Origin: Acholeplasmataceae bacterium
GTDB taxonomy: Bacteria > Bacillota_I > Bacilli_A > Acholeplasmatales > Acholeplasmataceae
Direction of reading: 5' to 3'
Length of the DNA: 64,000 bases
Assembly (NCBI GenBank): GCA_963667565.1
Contig: OY763415.1
Coordinates: 576,001-640,000, forward strand
Numbering within the stretch: the first letter of the stretch is position 1; each line of letters starts with the position of its first letter. Made by a program: the position numbers and the translations under genes. A model generated the notes under the pieces. It saw nothing but the letters and a program-made list of their open reading frames with translations. It was not told where the DNA came from and made no database searches. Positions 49,608 to 60,634 of this stretch are shown piece by piece.

Positions 49608-50660
49608 TTACGCTCCTTTTAGTTCATTTATTTTATCTTTATCTAAATCGTCTAATAATGCAAAAAGGATTGCTCTGGCAGCATCTAAATCATTTGTGTC
49701 CATCATTGCTGCTGTAGAGTGAATATATCTGGCAGGAAGTCCAATCGTTGTTGCTAAGACACCATCAAGTGAATCAAGTGCTTTAGCTGCATCAGTTCCG
49801 CCTTTTGAAACAAAATATTGATATTTAATGTTTTGATCGATTGAAAGTTTTACAATATAATTTAGCAAGCCTTGATGCATCGTATTTCTTGGATCATAAA
49901 TTCTTACTAAAAAGCCATCGCCTAGTTGACCCATTGCTTCGCCATCTGTCATATCTGAAACAGGTGATGCATCTAGTGCAAGAAAGACATCTGGTTTAAA
50001 TAAATTTGTTGCAGTTTCTGCACCTCTTAATCCAACTTCTTCTTGAACAGTTGCACCAATGACTAAGTCAAAAGGTAAATCTTTTTGATCAAAATATGCA
50101 ATTGCCTCTAAACTTAAGCCACAACCATATCTGTTATCAATTGCTTTTGAAATGATGCGATCTGGATTTTTTGTATATGCAAGCGGATTATCAAATAAGA
50201 CCATGTCTCCGAGTGACACACCAAAATCGATAGCCTCTTTTTTTGATCTTGCACCAATGTCTAATATAAGATCAGAAATACCGACTGATTGAGTTTTTTT
50301 AAGATGCGGTGGAAGTGCACCAATCACACCTTTAATGATGCCATCTTTAGTATGAACATTTAACACTTGTGAAATAAAAACTTCACCATTAAGACCACCA
50401 ATGTTTTGAAGCTTAAGCATGCCATATGAAGTGATACCTGTAACTATAAGTCCAACTTCATCCATATGCCCAGCAACCATGACAACAGGTGCATCTTTAA
50501 GTTTTGATTTTTTGTATGCAAAAATAGAACCAAGTTTATCTCTTTTAATCTCAAATGATGGATATTGTTTCATCCAAGATTCGATATATGTAGCGACTTC
50601 TTTTTCAAAACTTGAGGTAGCTTGTATATTAAATAAATCTATGTAAACTTGATTAAGCAT
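49608..50660 (-). CDS. M42 family (glutamyl) aminopeptidase
   Basis: AGHMDEVG, KAIDNR, VQEEVGLRGA, GGTDA, ARYIHS. Confidence 0.92.
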   Translation of the reverse strand: MLNQVYIDLFNIQATSSFEKEVATYIESWMKQYPSFEIKRDKLGSIFAYKKSKLKDAPVVMVAGHMDEVGLIVTGITSYGMLKLQNIGGLNGEVFISQVLNVHTKDGIIKGVIGALPPHLKKTQSVGISDLILDIGARSKKEAIDFGVSLGDMVLFDNPLAYTKNPDRIISKAIDNRYGCGLSLEAIAYFDQKDLPFDLVIGATVQEEVGLRGAETATNLFKPDVFLALDASPVSDMTDGEAMGQLGDGFLVRIYDPRNTMHQGLLNYIVKLSIDQNIKYQYFVSKGGTDAAKALDSLDGVLATTIGLPARYIHSTAAMMDTNDLDAARAILFALLDDLDKDKINELKGA

Positions 50661-51258
50661 GTTTTTTTCGTCCTTTTAATTGGTTAATTTTACTGATGTC
50701 TCTTTTTTTCTCTTCATATTCAGTCATATAGTTGCTTATAGGTAGGTCATAAGTAATTTCAAAAATATCAAATGCCTGTTCGACTGTCTCAATGCTATCT
50801 AAGAAAAATGGAAGTACATCTGTTCTAAATTGAAATAAGCCATCCTCTTTTAATATAACCATATATTTTTCTAGAAATGATGGTGCTGTTAAACGTCTTT
50901 TATGATGTTTAGCTTTTGGCCATGGATCGGAAAAACTTAAATAGATGTGGTCAATAGCATTAGGTTCAAAATAATCAAGTAGATGATTTGCATCACCTAA
51001 AATGATGAGTAGATTATTTAATTTTAGCGCTTCTTTTTTTTCAACAATTCTATAGATTACTGACATATTAAGTTCAAAGGCAATGAAAAATTCATCCTGA
51101 TGGTCTCTAGCCAGCGAAGTAATAAACTGGCCTTTTCCACTACCAACTTCAAGATGAATCTTTTGATTGATGGGTAAATCAACTTTTTGAATATCAATAA
51201 TGACGCCTTTAGATTGCAAAAGTTCTTCTGTTACGAATTTTAGTTTTTTCTGTCTCAT
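50653..51258 (-). CDS. trmB: tRNA (guanine-N7)-methyltransferase
   Basis: LEVGSGKGQF, FSDPWPKAKHHKRRLT, MTEYEEK. Confidence 0.94.
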   Translation of the reverse strand: MRQKKLKFVTEELLQSKGVIIDIQKVDLPINQKIHLEVGSGKGQFITSLARDHQDEFFIAFELNMSVIYRIVEKKEALKLNNLLIILGDANHLLDYFEPNAIDHIYLSFSDPWPKAKHHKRRLTAPSFLEKYMVILKEDGLFQFRTDVLPFFLDSIETVEQAFDIFEITYDLPISNYMTEYEEKKRDISKINQLKGRKKHA

Positions 51259-51303
51259 AAGCAGCTTAAAATGACAATAAAGTGATAGAAAAAATCTACC
51301 ACC

Positions 51304-51573
51304 TTAAGCAAGTCTTCCTAAACCTTCTGCAATAATAAAGTCACTTAATGAAGAGATGGCTTTTTCTGCATCATCACCTTCAGCAGTAATCACGATTTCT
51401 TCGCCTTTATAAATGCCTAAAGACATTAAACCCATGATTGATTTTAAATTAACTTTTTTACCCATTGCTTGTAATTCAATTTCAGAATCAAAGCTCATTG
51501 CTAAATTAACTAATCTAGTCGCTGGTCTAGCATGAATACCATATTCTGAAGTAATTAAAAACGTTTTTTTCAT
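51304..51573 (-). CDS. ptsH: Phosphocarrier protein HPr
   Basis: GIHARPAT (His15), [12 protein letters not shown] (Ser46). Confidence 0.94.
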   Translation of the reverse strand: MKKTFLITSEYGIHARPATRLVNLAMSFDSEIELQAMGKKVNLKSIMGLMSLGIYKGEEIVITAEGDDAEKAISSLSDFIIAEGLGRLA

Positions 51574-51575
51574 AT

Positions 51576-51935
51576 TTAAGCTCCTTTGCTCGTTAGAAAT
51601 TGATAAATTTCTTTTGCGTGTTCTTTAAATAGAATGGTCATTTTTTTGCCAGAAAGAAATGCTGGTATGTTTTGACTTGTAAAAAAAGATACATGAACTA
51701 ATTTTGTATCAACTAAGTTCAATTGAATTCTTTGTTGTTCTAATCGAACAAATTCTATATTACTAAACGTTCCAAGTGCTTCTAGTAACTCATTTAGAAA
51801 CGCCTCTGATACACTAGGTTTAACTTTCTTTTGACTCAATAATTTTATGCTAATAACGATTAATGCTGATAATAATAGAAATAGTGTTAAATAAAGCCAT
51901 AAATCGTTTGATATATTAATATTTATTAATAACAT
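51576..51935 (-). CDS. Membrane-anchored PTS EIIB-like protein lacking the catalytic Cys
   Basis: N-terminal TM, then [27 protein letters not shown] aligning to the EIIB pattern ALGGxxNIxxVxxCxTRLR. Confidence 0.6.
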   Translation of the reverse strand: MLLININISNDLWLYLTLFLLLSALIVISIKLLSQKKVKPSVSEAFLNELLEALGTFSNIEFVRLEQQRIQLNLVDTKLVHVSFFTSQNIPAFLSGKKMTILFKEHAKEIYQFLTSKGA

Positions 51936-51981
51936 TTTCTCACCTTAATTAAATTATACATATTTTTACATACGATTTCAA

Positions 51982-52998
51982 TTACTTGATGAACATCGAG
52001 TCACCAAAAGAGAAAAATCGATATGATTTTAAAACTGCTTCTTGATATGCTTTTTGCATAAGTTCTTGTGATGAAAAAGCACTCACAAGCATCAGTAATG
52101 TTGATTTAGGCAAATGAAAGTTAGTAATAAGTGCATCGCATGCCTTAAATTTATAACCAGGATAAATGAATATTTGTGTATCAAATGTACCAGGTGTAAA
52201 GCCATTTTGATAATTTGATTCCAAAGTTCTTACTGAAGTTGTTCCAACACAAATGATACGCTTATGAGATGCTTTCGCATCATTTAGTCTTATCGCACTT
52301 TCATTTGTGATAGTATATGTTTCTTTATGCATATGATGGTCTAATATGTTTTCTACTTGTACGGGTCTAAATGTACCTAACCCAACATTTAATGTAATCG
52401 GGATAATCTCTACACCTTTAGCTTTGATTTTTTCAAGAAGATCAATTGTAAAATGGAGTCCTGCAGTTGGTGCTGCTGCACTTCCTGGATCTTTTGCATA
52501 AACTGTTTGATAACGTTGTTGATCATCTAGCTTCTCGTGAATATATGGTGGAAGTGGCATGGTGCCTAATTGTTCAAGAACTTCGATGAAAATACCTTTA
52601 TAATCAAATTTGTAAGTTCTAATACCTTCTTCTTTAACATCTACACAAGTTGCAGTTAATAAGTCACCAAACTTAACTTTAGTACCTATTTTGACTCTTT
52701 TCGCAGGCTTTGTCAGTGCATCCCAAGTATCTTTACCTACAGTTTCTAACAATAAAACTTCAATCACAGCATCCGTTTCTTCTTTAATGCCCATAAGTCT
52801 TGCAGGAATGACTTTTGTGTTATTTAATACTAAGACATCCTTGTCTGATAATTCATCTAAAATATCATAAAAATGATGGTCTGTGATGCTATTTGTTTCT
52901 CTATTGATGATCATTAATCTTGAGTGATCTCTTTGATCTTCAGGATGTTGAGCAATCAAGTGTTCTGGTAAATCAAAATCAAAATCTTTAACTTTCAT
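51982..52998 (-). CDS. queA: S-adenosylmethionine:tRNA ribosyltransferase-isomerase
   Basis: [47 protein letters not shown]. Confidence 0.96.
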   Translation of the reverse strand: MKVKDFDFDLPEHLIAQHPEDQRDHSRLMIINRETNSITDHHFYDILDELSDKDVLVLNNTKVIPARLMGIKEETDAVIEVLLLETVGKDTWDALTKPAKRVKIGTKVKFGDLLTATCVDVKEEGIRTYKFDYKGIFIEVLEQLGTMPLPPYIHEKLDDQQRYQTVYAKDPGSAAAPTAGLHFTIDLLEKIKAKGVEIIPITLNVGLGTFRPVQVENILDHHMHKETYTITNESAIRLNDAKASHKRIICVGTTSVRTLESNYQNGFTPGTFDTQIFIYPGYKFKACDALITNFHLPKSTLLMLVSAFSSQELMQKAYQEAVLKSYRFFSFGDSMFIK

Positions 52999-54004
52999 TA
53001 TCAAATAATCCTTTATAATATTTAATGCCTAATGCTTCAAATGTTTTTTGAGTAGCAACTCTTCCTCTTGGTGTACGTTTAATATAACCTTCCATAAGCA
53101 AATAAGGTTCATAAACATCCTCAACAGTTGTGATTTCTTCTCCAATTGATGCTGAAATAGTTTCGATACCTACTGGACCACCATTAAATTTTTCTACGAT
53201 CGCACTTAAGTATCTGTAATCCGTATGATCTAATCCATTTTGATCAATGCCTAGTTTTGCTAGGGCATGGTTTGTAATGTTATCTGTGATGGTACCATCA
53301 CCAATAATTTCTGCAAAATCTCTAACGCGTCTAAAAAGTCTATTTGCGATTCTTGGTGTGCCTCGACTTCTTTTTGCAAGAGATACGACAGCATCCTCAT
53401 CAATCGGATTTTGATAGACATTTGCAGTTCGTGCAACAATTTGTTTTAATTCGGGTAACTTATAGTATGACAATCTAAAGACAACACCAAAACGATCTCT
53501 TAGTGGTGCTGATAAATCACCATATCTGGTAGTTGCACCAATTAAAGTAAATGGTGGCAAATCAATTCTAATTGAGCGTGAGGTTTGATCTTTTCCAATC
53601 ACGATGTCTAAGACATAATCTTCCATTGCACCATATAAGACTTCTTCAACAAATCTTGGTAATCGATGTATTTCATCAATAAATAATACATCACCTGGGC
53701 TAAGTGAACTTAAAACTGCGGCTAAATCACCGCTTCTTTCAATTGCTGGTCCACTGGTCACTTTAATTTGTACACCTAATTCGTTTGCAACAATTTGTGC
53801 AAGTGTGGTTTTACCAAGTCCAGGAGGACCATATAGCAAAATATGATCAAGTGCTTCTTCACGTTTAAGTGCAGCTTTAATATAGACATCAAGCATTTCT
53901 TTAATTTCGGGTTGTCCTACATATTGATCTAAGGTTTGAGGACGTAATGTTTGATCTTCATCTTCTTTTGTAGACATAGCTGTTACGATACGTTCTTTAT
54001 CCAT
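52988..54004 (-). CDS. ruvB: Holliday junction helicase RuvB
   Basis: [33 protein letters not shown]. Confidence 0.97.
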   Translation of the reverse strand: MDKERIVTAMSTKEDEDQTLRPQTLDQYVGQPEIKEMLDVYIKAALKREEALDHILLYGPPGLGKTTLAQIVANELGVQIKVTSGPAIERSGDLAAVLSSLSPGDVLFIDEIHRLPRFVEEVLYGAMEDYVLDIVIGKDQTSRSIRIDLPPFTLIGATTRYGDLSAPLRDRFGVVFRLSYYKLPELKQIVARTANVYQNPIDEDAVVSLAKRSRGTPRIANRLFRRVRDFAEIIGDGTITDNITNHALAKLGIDQNGLDHTDYRYLSAIVEKFNGGPVGIETISASIGEEITTVEDVYEPYLLMEGYIKRTPRGRVATQKTFEALGIKYYKGLFDNES

Positions 54005-54012
54005 AATGCCCC

Positions 54013-54570
54013 CTATTTAATCAGTAATTGCAATGCCTGTTTAATCATGTCTTCAACAGATTGTTCAGCATTTACTTTTTTCATCACTTTTCTAATTTCT
54101 GTTTTATTATATCCAAGAGCATTTAGTGCTTGAGTCACATCATTTTCTGCAGTAGGAAATAATGAGTCGTCTTCTGTAGCAACTAACTTCCCTTTTAAGT
54201 CAAGAATGATTTGTTGTGCACTTTTTGTTCCAATCCCTGGAAATTTAGTTAAAAATTTAACATCAGCATTTTCAATAGCAACGATTGTTTCATCGACTTG
54301 ATTTGCTGCAAGAATAGATAATGCACTCTTAGGTCCAATCCCTGACACACCAATTAATTTAATAAATAAATCTAGTCCTTCTTCTGAATTAAATCCATAT
54401 AATAAAATAGCATCATCTCTGACATAATGATGTGTATATACTAAGACGTCTTCATCAAGATGATAATGATATGGGTAAGGCGATAAAATTTGGTAGCCAA
54501 CATCATTATTTTCAACAACGATGTGTGTTGGTTTAATCGCTTTAATCTTGCCTTTTACATAAGAATACAT
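54013..54570 (-). CDS. ruvA: Holliday junction protein RuvA
   Basis: [42 protein letters not shown]. Confidence 0.95.
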   Translation of the reverse strand: MYSYVKGKIKAIKPTHIVVENNDVGYQILSPYPYHYHLDEDVLVYTHHYVRDDAILLYGFNSEEGLDLFIKLIGVSGIGPKSALSILAANQVDETIVAIENADVKFLTKFPGIGTKSAQQIILDLKGKLVATEDDSLFPTAENDVTQALNALGYNKTEIRKVMKKVNAEQSVEDMIKQALQLLIK

Positions 54571-54677
54571 TGATTTTTCACCACTTTCAGAAATCTAAAA
54601 TTATTATATCATTTTTTTAGTCTTTTTTCTATCATAACATTTGATTATGATATAATGAATTTAGGACGAGGTTATAG

Positions 54678-57600
54678 ATGAATAAAGACAAGTTGAAATA
54701 CTTTCAAAACGAATTTAAATTGAGAGTAAATGACGAAAAACTTTATCAAGGTGTTTACAAAGTTTTTTCTCAAGAATTAAAACTATTTGAACCTTTCTTT
54801 GTAAAACAAAGTGATTTGGAGAAAAACCATCAATCGCTTTTTTTAGAACGTCTTGATCGCATTCATGAAGACCATCAAATATTATATGATAAATATCTAA
54901 AAGCAAATAACGTGATAGTCAGTAAAAATACGGAAGAAATTGAAGCACAACATCAATTATTAATACATAAACAAAATGAAATTAAAATTAAGTTTGATGC
55001 TGAACAAGAACAGATTATTAATGATCGTTTATCACTTAAAAAGAATGTTGAAGCACAAATTAATGATGCGAAGTTACGCATGCAAAGAGAAATATTTGAT
55101 TTTGAAAAACGTTATAAGACATATCGCGATGAAAATTTGAATATGGTCGATGATATTGAAAAAGAGTATAAAGAGACAGAAGAAAAATTAAAAGTTAATT
55201 TTGCTAAACAAAAAGCGCACTTAAGTACTCAAAAACAAGAAATCGATGTTGTTAAAACAGATTCTACTAAGTTAAAACTTGATGAGCAAGAACAACTGAC
55301 TAAACTTAATAATGATTACTATATCAGTATTAAGCAAACATTTAATGATACCAATGTCGCCATCAATCAAAAGATTAGCGCTTTAAATAAGTCTTATCAA
55401 AGTTCTATATCTAAGTTAGATAAAGAACTTGATAAAATCAATCAACCTATTCTAGATAATATTAAAGAGTTAAAAGAAACTTATGAAAAGCGTGTTGACG
55501 AACTCAAAAATGAGTTCGCACTAAAACTTGAATCTTTTGATCAAGCTTTCGAGCAAGTGATGATTGATTATAAAGCTAAAAGAGAAAAGTTTATTCATGA
55601 ATCTGGTGAAGCCATCAGTATTTTTAATTCTAAATTAACCAATAGTAGAGAAACCATTGAAGCCGATAAGCTTTCTATTACACGTACCTATCGTGATATG
55701 ATGAAAGATATGGATGAAGTTGAATCTAAAAAGGTTTTTTCAGAAATGAAAAGAAAGATTCGAGCACTTGAACATGAATTAAACAATAACATTTTGCAAA
55801 CAAGAAAAGATATTAATAAAATGAAACGTGATCACCAAACACGTTTAACTGAGGAAGAAAATAAATTCATCTATGACAGATATGAATGGAGACTTAACAA
55901 ACTTATTCTTTCCAACCAATATCATCATAATATGAAAAAATTGGACTTAAATTTCCAATACAACTTAGAGTTTGCAAGACAAAAACATCAATTAAATAAT
56001 GATCATAATGTCGTGAAAAAAGAGATTATGGGTCATACTTTAAATCAAGATGCAACTCCACTTGAGACACAAATGATGATTCAAAATCTCATTCAAGAAC
56101 GTGAACTCAATTTACTTAATAATGATCAAGAGATTGCACTTAATGAGCTAAAGATTGAATTATTCAATATTGAGCATACCTATGATATTGCAGCTCAAGA
56201 ACTCAATTATTTAGAACAAAAGAATCAACTTGACTTAGATTCAGAGCTTTTAGTTCTCAATTCAAATGTTCAGTTAGAACTTGAAAAATCGAAAATTAAA
56301 CGTGAAGAAAATCAAAAAGATTATCAACTTAGAAAGACATTATCTGAAACTTCATTTAATAAGCAAAAATATATGCTTGATACTGAATATGAACTTAAAA
56401 ATGCAGAGTGGTTATATGCTGAAGACGTCTTAGATATTGAAACACAAGATAAACACTTTTATGCCAAACGCAAAGAAACACTTATGTATCAAAAACGCTC
56501 ATATTTCATGAGAGATGCTGATCTAAAGACAAAATCTCGTATTCAACAAAATGAAGCGATTAAAGAGATAAGAGTCTATGAGAATGATACATTAAATGAA
56601 TCACACACGATTGAGTCACTTACCAATATGTTTGTATTTGCTCATGAGCGCTTACTTGCATTTAAAAAACTTATCAATGATATTTATCATTTACCAGCAC
56701 ATCCTGAAGTATTTAAGAAACTTCTAATACTCGGCAAGGAATATATATTAGAAATCAATCAAATGCTTAATGAAGCCATTGATCAAAAAGAATTAAAGAT
56801 CATGTCTTATCTAGATAAACAAAAAAATGATATTTTTCATTACAAGCATGCACTAAAACATGAAACATACCAATATTTCTATCAAAATAATATTGATCAA
56901 TTTGACATTGATATTAATCGTTTTGAAGATGAAATTCTTGATTTAGGTAATTTCATTTTAGCTGAACAAGCAAGTATTGAAAAACATCAAAACTTTATCA
57001 ATCAATTAAATAAGATTGTCACACAATCAAAATCCGGCGTTTTAAATCATGATCCTTATGAGATTAAAGAAAATATCAAACTGATTAAACGTCATGAAAA
57101 AGCGATTAAAACAATTAAATATAAGATGCGAATTTATGAAAAAGAAATCAGTAAGAACCATCATTCAATTAATTTCTTATCCTATAAACGACAACATATG
57201 ACTAGACGTATGCGTTTAGAGGATTATCAATATAAAAAACGTCTTAAACACGGGGCTAAAGTCTACGATCGTTATGAAAAATCTTATCATAAGATGTATC
57301 AAAAGATGAAAAACGATTTATCTGTCTTTGTCCAAGGTGCACATTTATTAGAACACTTCATTAATCAAAAAGCTTACATTACTGAACAACAAATGAAGGA
57401 TCAAATGTATGTGTTTAATAAGAAAATTAGAGCATTTTCAGCCAACATCTTATTTATTCAAGAAAAACAGATAGCTTTAATTAAAGATTATTACTTAATG
57501 CATAGAGATAAAGAGGCCATCATCATCCAAGATATTAAAACGCATGAAAACCGCGCTTCTAAATTACTTAGACAAAGTGCAGAACTCTTTAGTCAATCTG

Positions 57601-58268
57601 TTAAGATGATGCTTAAAGAACAAGAAAAGTTAACGACTTCTTCTCTAAAACTTGCAAAACATAATTTTATTCAATCAACTAAACAAACTTTAAATCAAAT
57701 AAGTAAAGAATCGCTTAACTTTAAATCAATGATTCACGATCAAGAAGAACAAATTCATAAACTCACAAAACAAGTTGATCAACAACTCAATACAATTAAT
57801 CAAAATCAACATGAGATTGCATTACAATATTTAAATGATACTGAAGAAAAACGTCATCACTTAAATGAACTACATCAAAAGAAATTAAAAAATCTTTCAC
57901 TCATGTATCAAAAGAAAATTGATGATTTCATTCATTCTAATGAACAACTTGATAAGAAAAATCAACTTCTTTTATCTAAATTCAAGGAAAAAGAAAAACA
58001 AACACTCATCTTACACCATCAAAAACTCACACATATTAGTGAAAAAATTTCAGCTTCACACAAGAAAATGAAACATATGGAACAAACATATCAAAAGGAT
58101 CAAAGAACTTATCTTAGAGAACGTGATTATCATTTTAGAGAATTAAATGATGCATTAAGAAAACAAAACAAAATCACATCTTCTAAAGAACAAGTTTCAC
58201 TGAAGAAAGACTTAACTGAAGAACGATTGAGTTATCGATTCAAATTAAAGAAGCTAAAACTAGATTAA
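54678..58268 (+). CDS. Very long coiled-coil hypothetical protein
   Basis: 1196 aa, rich in K/E/Q/L, very poor in G/P, no TM segment or Walker motif; TGATATAAT extended -10 at 54648-54656 and GAGG RBS. Confidence 0.8.
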   Translation: MNKDKLKYFQNEFKLRVNDEKLYQGVYKVFSQELKLFEPFFVKQSDLEKNHQSLFLERLDRIHEDHQILYDKYLKANNVIVSKNTEEIEAQHQLLIHKQNEIKIKFDAEQEQIINDRLSLKKNVEAQINDAKLRMQREIFDFEKRYKTYRDENLNMVDDIEKEYKETEEKLKVNFAKQKAHLSTQKQEIDVVKTDSTKLKLDEQEQLTKLNNDYYISIKQTFNDTNVAINQKISALNKSYQSSISKLDKELDKINQPILDNIKELKETYEKRVDELKNEFALKLESFDQAFEQVMIDYKAKREKFIHESGEAISIFNSKLTNSRETIEADKLSITRTYRDMMKDMDEVESKKVFSEMKRKIRALEHELNNNILQTRKDINKMKRDHQTRLTEEENKFIYDRYEWRLNKLILSNQYHHNMKKLDLNFQYNLEFARQKHQLNNDHNVVKKEIMGHTLNQDATPLETQMMIQNLIQERELNLLNNDQEIALNELKIELFNIEHTYDIAAQELNYLEQKNQLDLDSELLVLNSNVQLELEKSKIKREENQKDYQLRKTLSETSFNKQKYMLDTEYELKNAEWLYAEDVLDIETQDKHFYAKRKETLMYQKRSYFMRDADLKTKSRIQQNEAIKEIRVYENDTLNESHTIESLTNMFVFAHERLLAFKKLINDIYHLPAHPEVFKKLLILGKEYILEINQMLNEAIDQKELKIMSYLDKQKNDIFHYKHALKHETYQYFYQNNIDQFDIDINRFEDEILDLGNFILAEQASIEKHQNFINQLNKIVTQSKSGVLNHDPYEIKENIKLIKRHEKAIKTIKYKMRIYEKEISKNHHSINFLSYKRQHMTRRMRLEDYQYKKRLKHGAKVYDRYEKSYHKMYQKMKNDLSVFVQGAHLLEHFINQKAYITEQQMKDQMYVFNKKIRAFSANILFIQEKQIALIKDYYLMHRDKEAIIIQDIKTHENRASKLLRQSAELFSQSVKMMLKEQEKLTTSSLKLAKHNFIQSTKQTLNQISKESLNFKSMIHDQEEQIHKLTKQVDQQLNTINQNQHEIALQYLNDTEEKRHHLNELHQKKLKNLSLMYQKKIDDFIHSNEQLDKKNQLLLSKFKEKEKQTLILHHQKLTHISEKISASHKKMKHMEQTYQKDQRTYLRERDYHFRELNDALRKQNKITSSKEQVSLKKDLTEERLSYRFKLKKLKLD

Positions 58269-58270
58269 TT

Positions 58271-58301
58271 AAAAAGACAATCCGAAGATTGTCTTTTTTT
58301 T
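58271..58301. terminator. Bidirectional terminator coiled-coil/obgE
   Basis: AAAAAGACAATC-CGAA-GATTGTCTTTTT. Confidence 0.8.
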
Positions 58302-59559
58302 ACTCAATAAATTCAAATTCGTATTTTAATATACGTACAGTATCGTGATTTTTACAACCTTTTTCTCTTAAGGCATCATCAACACCTAAAGTTCTTAACT
58401 GTCTTGAGAAACGCTTGATACCATCATCTTTGGTGAAATCTGTTCTCGCAAATAAAAGTTCAATTTTATTGCCAGTAATCTCATAGATACCATCAACTAT
58501 ATTAATTTCAAATGGTATTTCTTCTTTTTCTTCTCTAAATTGATATAGAACTTCATCATTAATATCTTCTTCGATGATTTTTGGGGCTTGTTTTAATGCA
58601 TCTAAAGTTAGATATAATAGTGGTTCTATATTTTTATTAGTGATTGCTGAAATACTGATGATTTTAGCATCAATTTTTGATTTTAGAGCCTCAAATTTTT
58701 CCTCTGCATCAGGCATATCTGATTTATTGCAGACAACAATTTGTGGACGCTCTAGTAATTTTTCATCATACATTTCTAATTCATGATTAATTTTTAGGTA
58801 ACTATCATATGGATCATCACTTGATAAATCGACTACATGTAAAAATACTCTACATCTTTCGATATGTTTTAAGAAACGGATACCTAATCCATGACCTTGA
58901 TGCGCATCTTCAATCAAACCTGGAAGGTCTGCCAAAACAAAAGATTCATCACCTACATAGACCATACCTAAATTAGGCTGTAGTGTTGTAAATGGATATG
59001 CAGCTATTTTAGGTCTTGAATTTGAGACAACTGATAAGAGTGTTGATTTTCCTACAGATGGATAACCAATCATCCCGACATCAGCAAGCACTTTTAATTC
59101 AACATGAATTCTAAAATATTCACCTGGATCTCCATTTTCAGCAAAAGCAGGTGCAGGGTTTTTATTTGTAGCAAATGCCATATTTCCTCTACCACCTTTA
59201 CCACCACGGGCAACGATGAGTTCTTCACCTTGTTTTGTTACTTCACCAAATTTAATGGTTTTATCTATATTATAAACGATGGTTCCTAAAGGTACTTTAA
59301 CATAGACATGTTCTGCATTTGCACCATGTTGACCTTTACTACGACCATTATCACCACTTTTAGCTTTGATGTGTCTTCGATATTGGAGATTAATGAGTGT
59401 TGATTCGCCTTCTTCACCTACGAATACGACGTTACCACCTTTACCACCATTACCTCCCCAAGGACCACCAAACTCTACATATTTTTCTCTACGATAAGAT
59501 GCCATACCATTGCCACCTTTACCACCGTAGACTTCAACACTTACTTCATCTATGAACAT
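58300..59559 (-). CDS. obgE: GTPase ObgE/CgtA
   Basis: MFID, GGKGGNG, REKYVEFGGP, GYPSVGKST, YPFTT, DLPG, NKSD, C-terminal OCT domain. Confidence 0.96.
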   Translation of the reverse strand: MFIDEVSVEVYGGKGGNGMASYRREKYVEFGGPWGGNGGKGGNVVFVGEEGESTLINLQYRRHIKAKSGDNGRSKGQHGANAEHVYVKVPLGTIVYNIDKTIKFGEVTKQGEELIVARGGKGGRGNMAFATNKNPAPAFAENGDPGEYFRIHVELKVLADVGMIGYPSVGKSTLLSVVSNSRPKIAAYPFTTLQPNLGMVYVGDESFVLADLPGLIEDAHQGHGLGIRFLKHIERCRVFLHVVDLSSDDPYDSYLKINHELEMYDEKLLERPQIVVCNKSDMPDAEEKFEALKSKIDAKIISISAITNKNIEPLLYLTLDALKQAPKIIEEDINDEVLYQFREEKEEIPFEINIVDGIYEITGNKIELLFARTDFTKDDGIKRFSRQLRTLGVDDALREKGCKNHDTVRILKYEFEFIE

Positions 59560-59597
59560 CTTACCACCTTACTTTCATAAAAAAAGGATAACATAGG

Positions 59598-59876
59598 TTA
59601 TCCTTCGTAAACTGAAACTTGTTTTCTGTTTCTACCGAGTCTTTCATATTTCACAGTACCAGCCACTTTAGCAAATAATGTATCGTCACCACCGCGACCA
59701 ACATTGTTACCTGGATGAACTTTAGTACCTCTTTGACGGTAAATAATCGCGCCTGCTTTAGCGAATTGACCATCTGAAAGTTTTAAGCCAAGGCGTTTAG
59801 ATTCAGAATCACGACCGTTACGAGTGGAACCTACACCTTTTTTAGATGCGAATAACTGTAATTGTAACTTTAACAT
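59598..59876 (-). CDS. rpmA: 50S ribosomal protein L27 with Prp-cleaved N-terminal extension
   Basis: [19 protein letters not shown]. Confidence 0.97.
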   Translation of the reverse strand: MLKLQLQLFASKKGVGSTRNGRDSESKRLGLKLSDGQFAKAGAIIYRQRGTKVHPGNNVGRGGDDTLFAKVAGTVKYERLGRNRKQVSVYEG

Positions 59877-59877
59877 G

Positions 59878-60192
59878 TTATCCCTCCTTCTTGATTTTTA
59901 TATATTTAGGATATTGATTACTTAAATCAGTAAGGCCATATGCTAGATTATCAAGCATCTTATCTAATAGATATTGATGTTTGTTAACTACCATGAAAAA
60001 ATAGCCTTCTTCAATTTCGTACTTGATATGATCAAGCACTTCTAGTTTTTCAAGAGCATTGATTGTCATAATGATCTGAGTTGATACGGATGCACAAACA
60101 ATGTCTTTGCCTGATTGATCATATGATGCATGTCCTGAAACTTCCATTTGGATAATTTCATTTTGATCATATTTCATCGCTACTTTAATCAT
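59878..60192 (-). CDS. prp: Ribosomal-processing cysteine protease Prp
   Basis: SGHA...[10 protein letters not shown]...YPKYI; lies between rplU and rpmA. Confidence 0.92.
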   Translation of the reverse strand: MIKVAMKYDQNEIIQMEVSGHASYDQSGKDIVCASVSTQIIMTINALEKLEVLDHIKYEIEEGYFFMVVNKHQYLLDKMLDNLAYGLTDLSNQYPKYIKIKKEG

Positions 60193-60194
60193 AA

Positions 60195-60503
60195 TTAAAA
60201 TACGATTGATTCAATAACAAGCTTTGTATATGGTTGACGGTGACCTTGCTTTTTGTGATAGTCTTTTCTTCTCTTAAACTTATAAACGATAATTTTCTTA
60301 TCTTTACCTTGTTTAAGGACTTTAGCGAAGACTTTAGCACCAGCAACTACAGGTGTTCCGATTTGTGGTTTATCGCCACCAATCGCTAATACTTCTGTAA
60401 ATTCAAAAGTGTCTCCAGCTTCTACGTCTAATTTTTCAACGAAGATTTCTTGTCCTTCAACAACTTTAAATTGTTTACCACCAGTTTTAATAATTGCATA
60501 CAT
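60195..60503 (-). CDS. rplU: 50S ribosomal protein L21
   Basis: [11 protein letters not shown]...[10 protein letters not shown]. Confidence 0.97.
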   Translation of the reverse strand: MYAIIKTGGKQFKVVEGQEIFVEKLDVEAGDTFEFTEVLAIGGDKPQIGTPVVAGAKVFAKVLKQGKDKKIIVYKFKRRKDYHKKQGHRQPYTKLVIESIVF

Positions 60504-60511
60504 GTGTGTGT

Positions 60512-60590
60512 TACCTCCTTATTAGTTTTGAAGACTCACTATTGAGGTAGTCTTTAGACATTTCGACCTCTTCTATGTGGTACAACATAG
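60512..60590 (-). promoter_or_regulatory. L21 leader-like structure
   Basis: CUAUGU/ACAUAG and GAGG/CCUC stems and GUGAGUCU motif before the rplU RBS; promoter TTGACT-17-TAAAAT at 60593-60621. Confidence 0.6.
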
Positions 60591-60634
60591 ATATTTTAAC
60601 GTAGTTAAGCGGAAAAGTCAACAAAAATATATAT

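Noticed and set aside
54678..58268. SMC/SbcC annotation for the coiled-coil protein
   Set aside because: No Walker A/B or ABC signature at either end.
4324..59289. Many 60-175 aa ORFs antisense to or out of frame within real genes (e.g. 8244-8771, 12793-13065, 15914-16201, 29580-29852, 58574-58786)
   Set aside because: They are shadows of well-supported genes, with no RBS or recognisable motifs.
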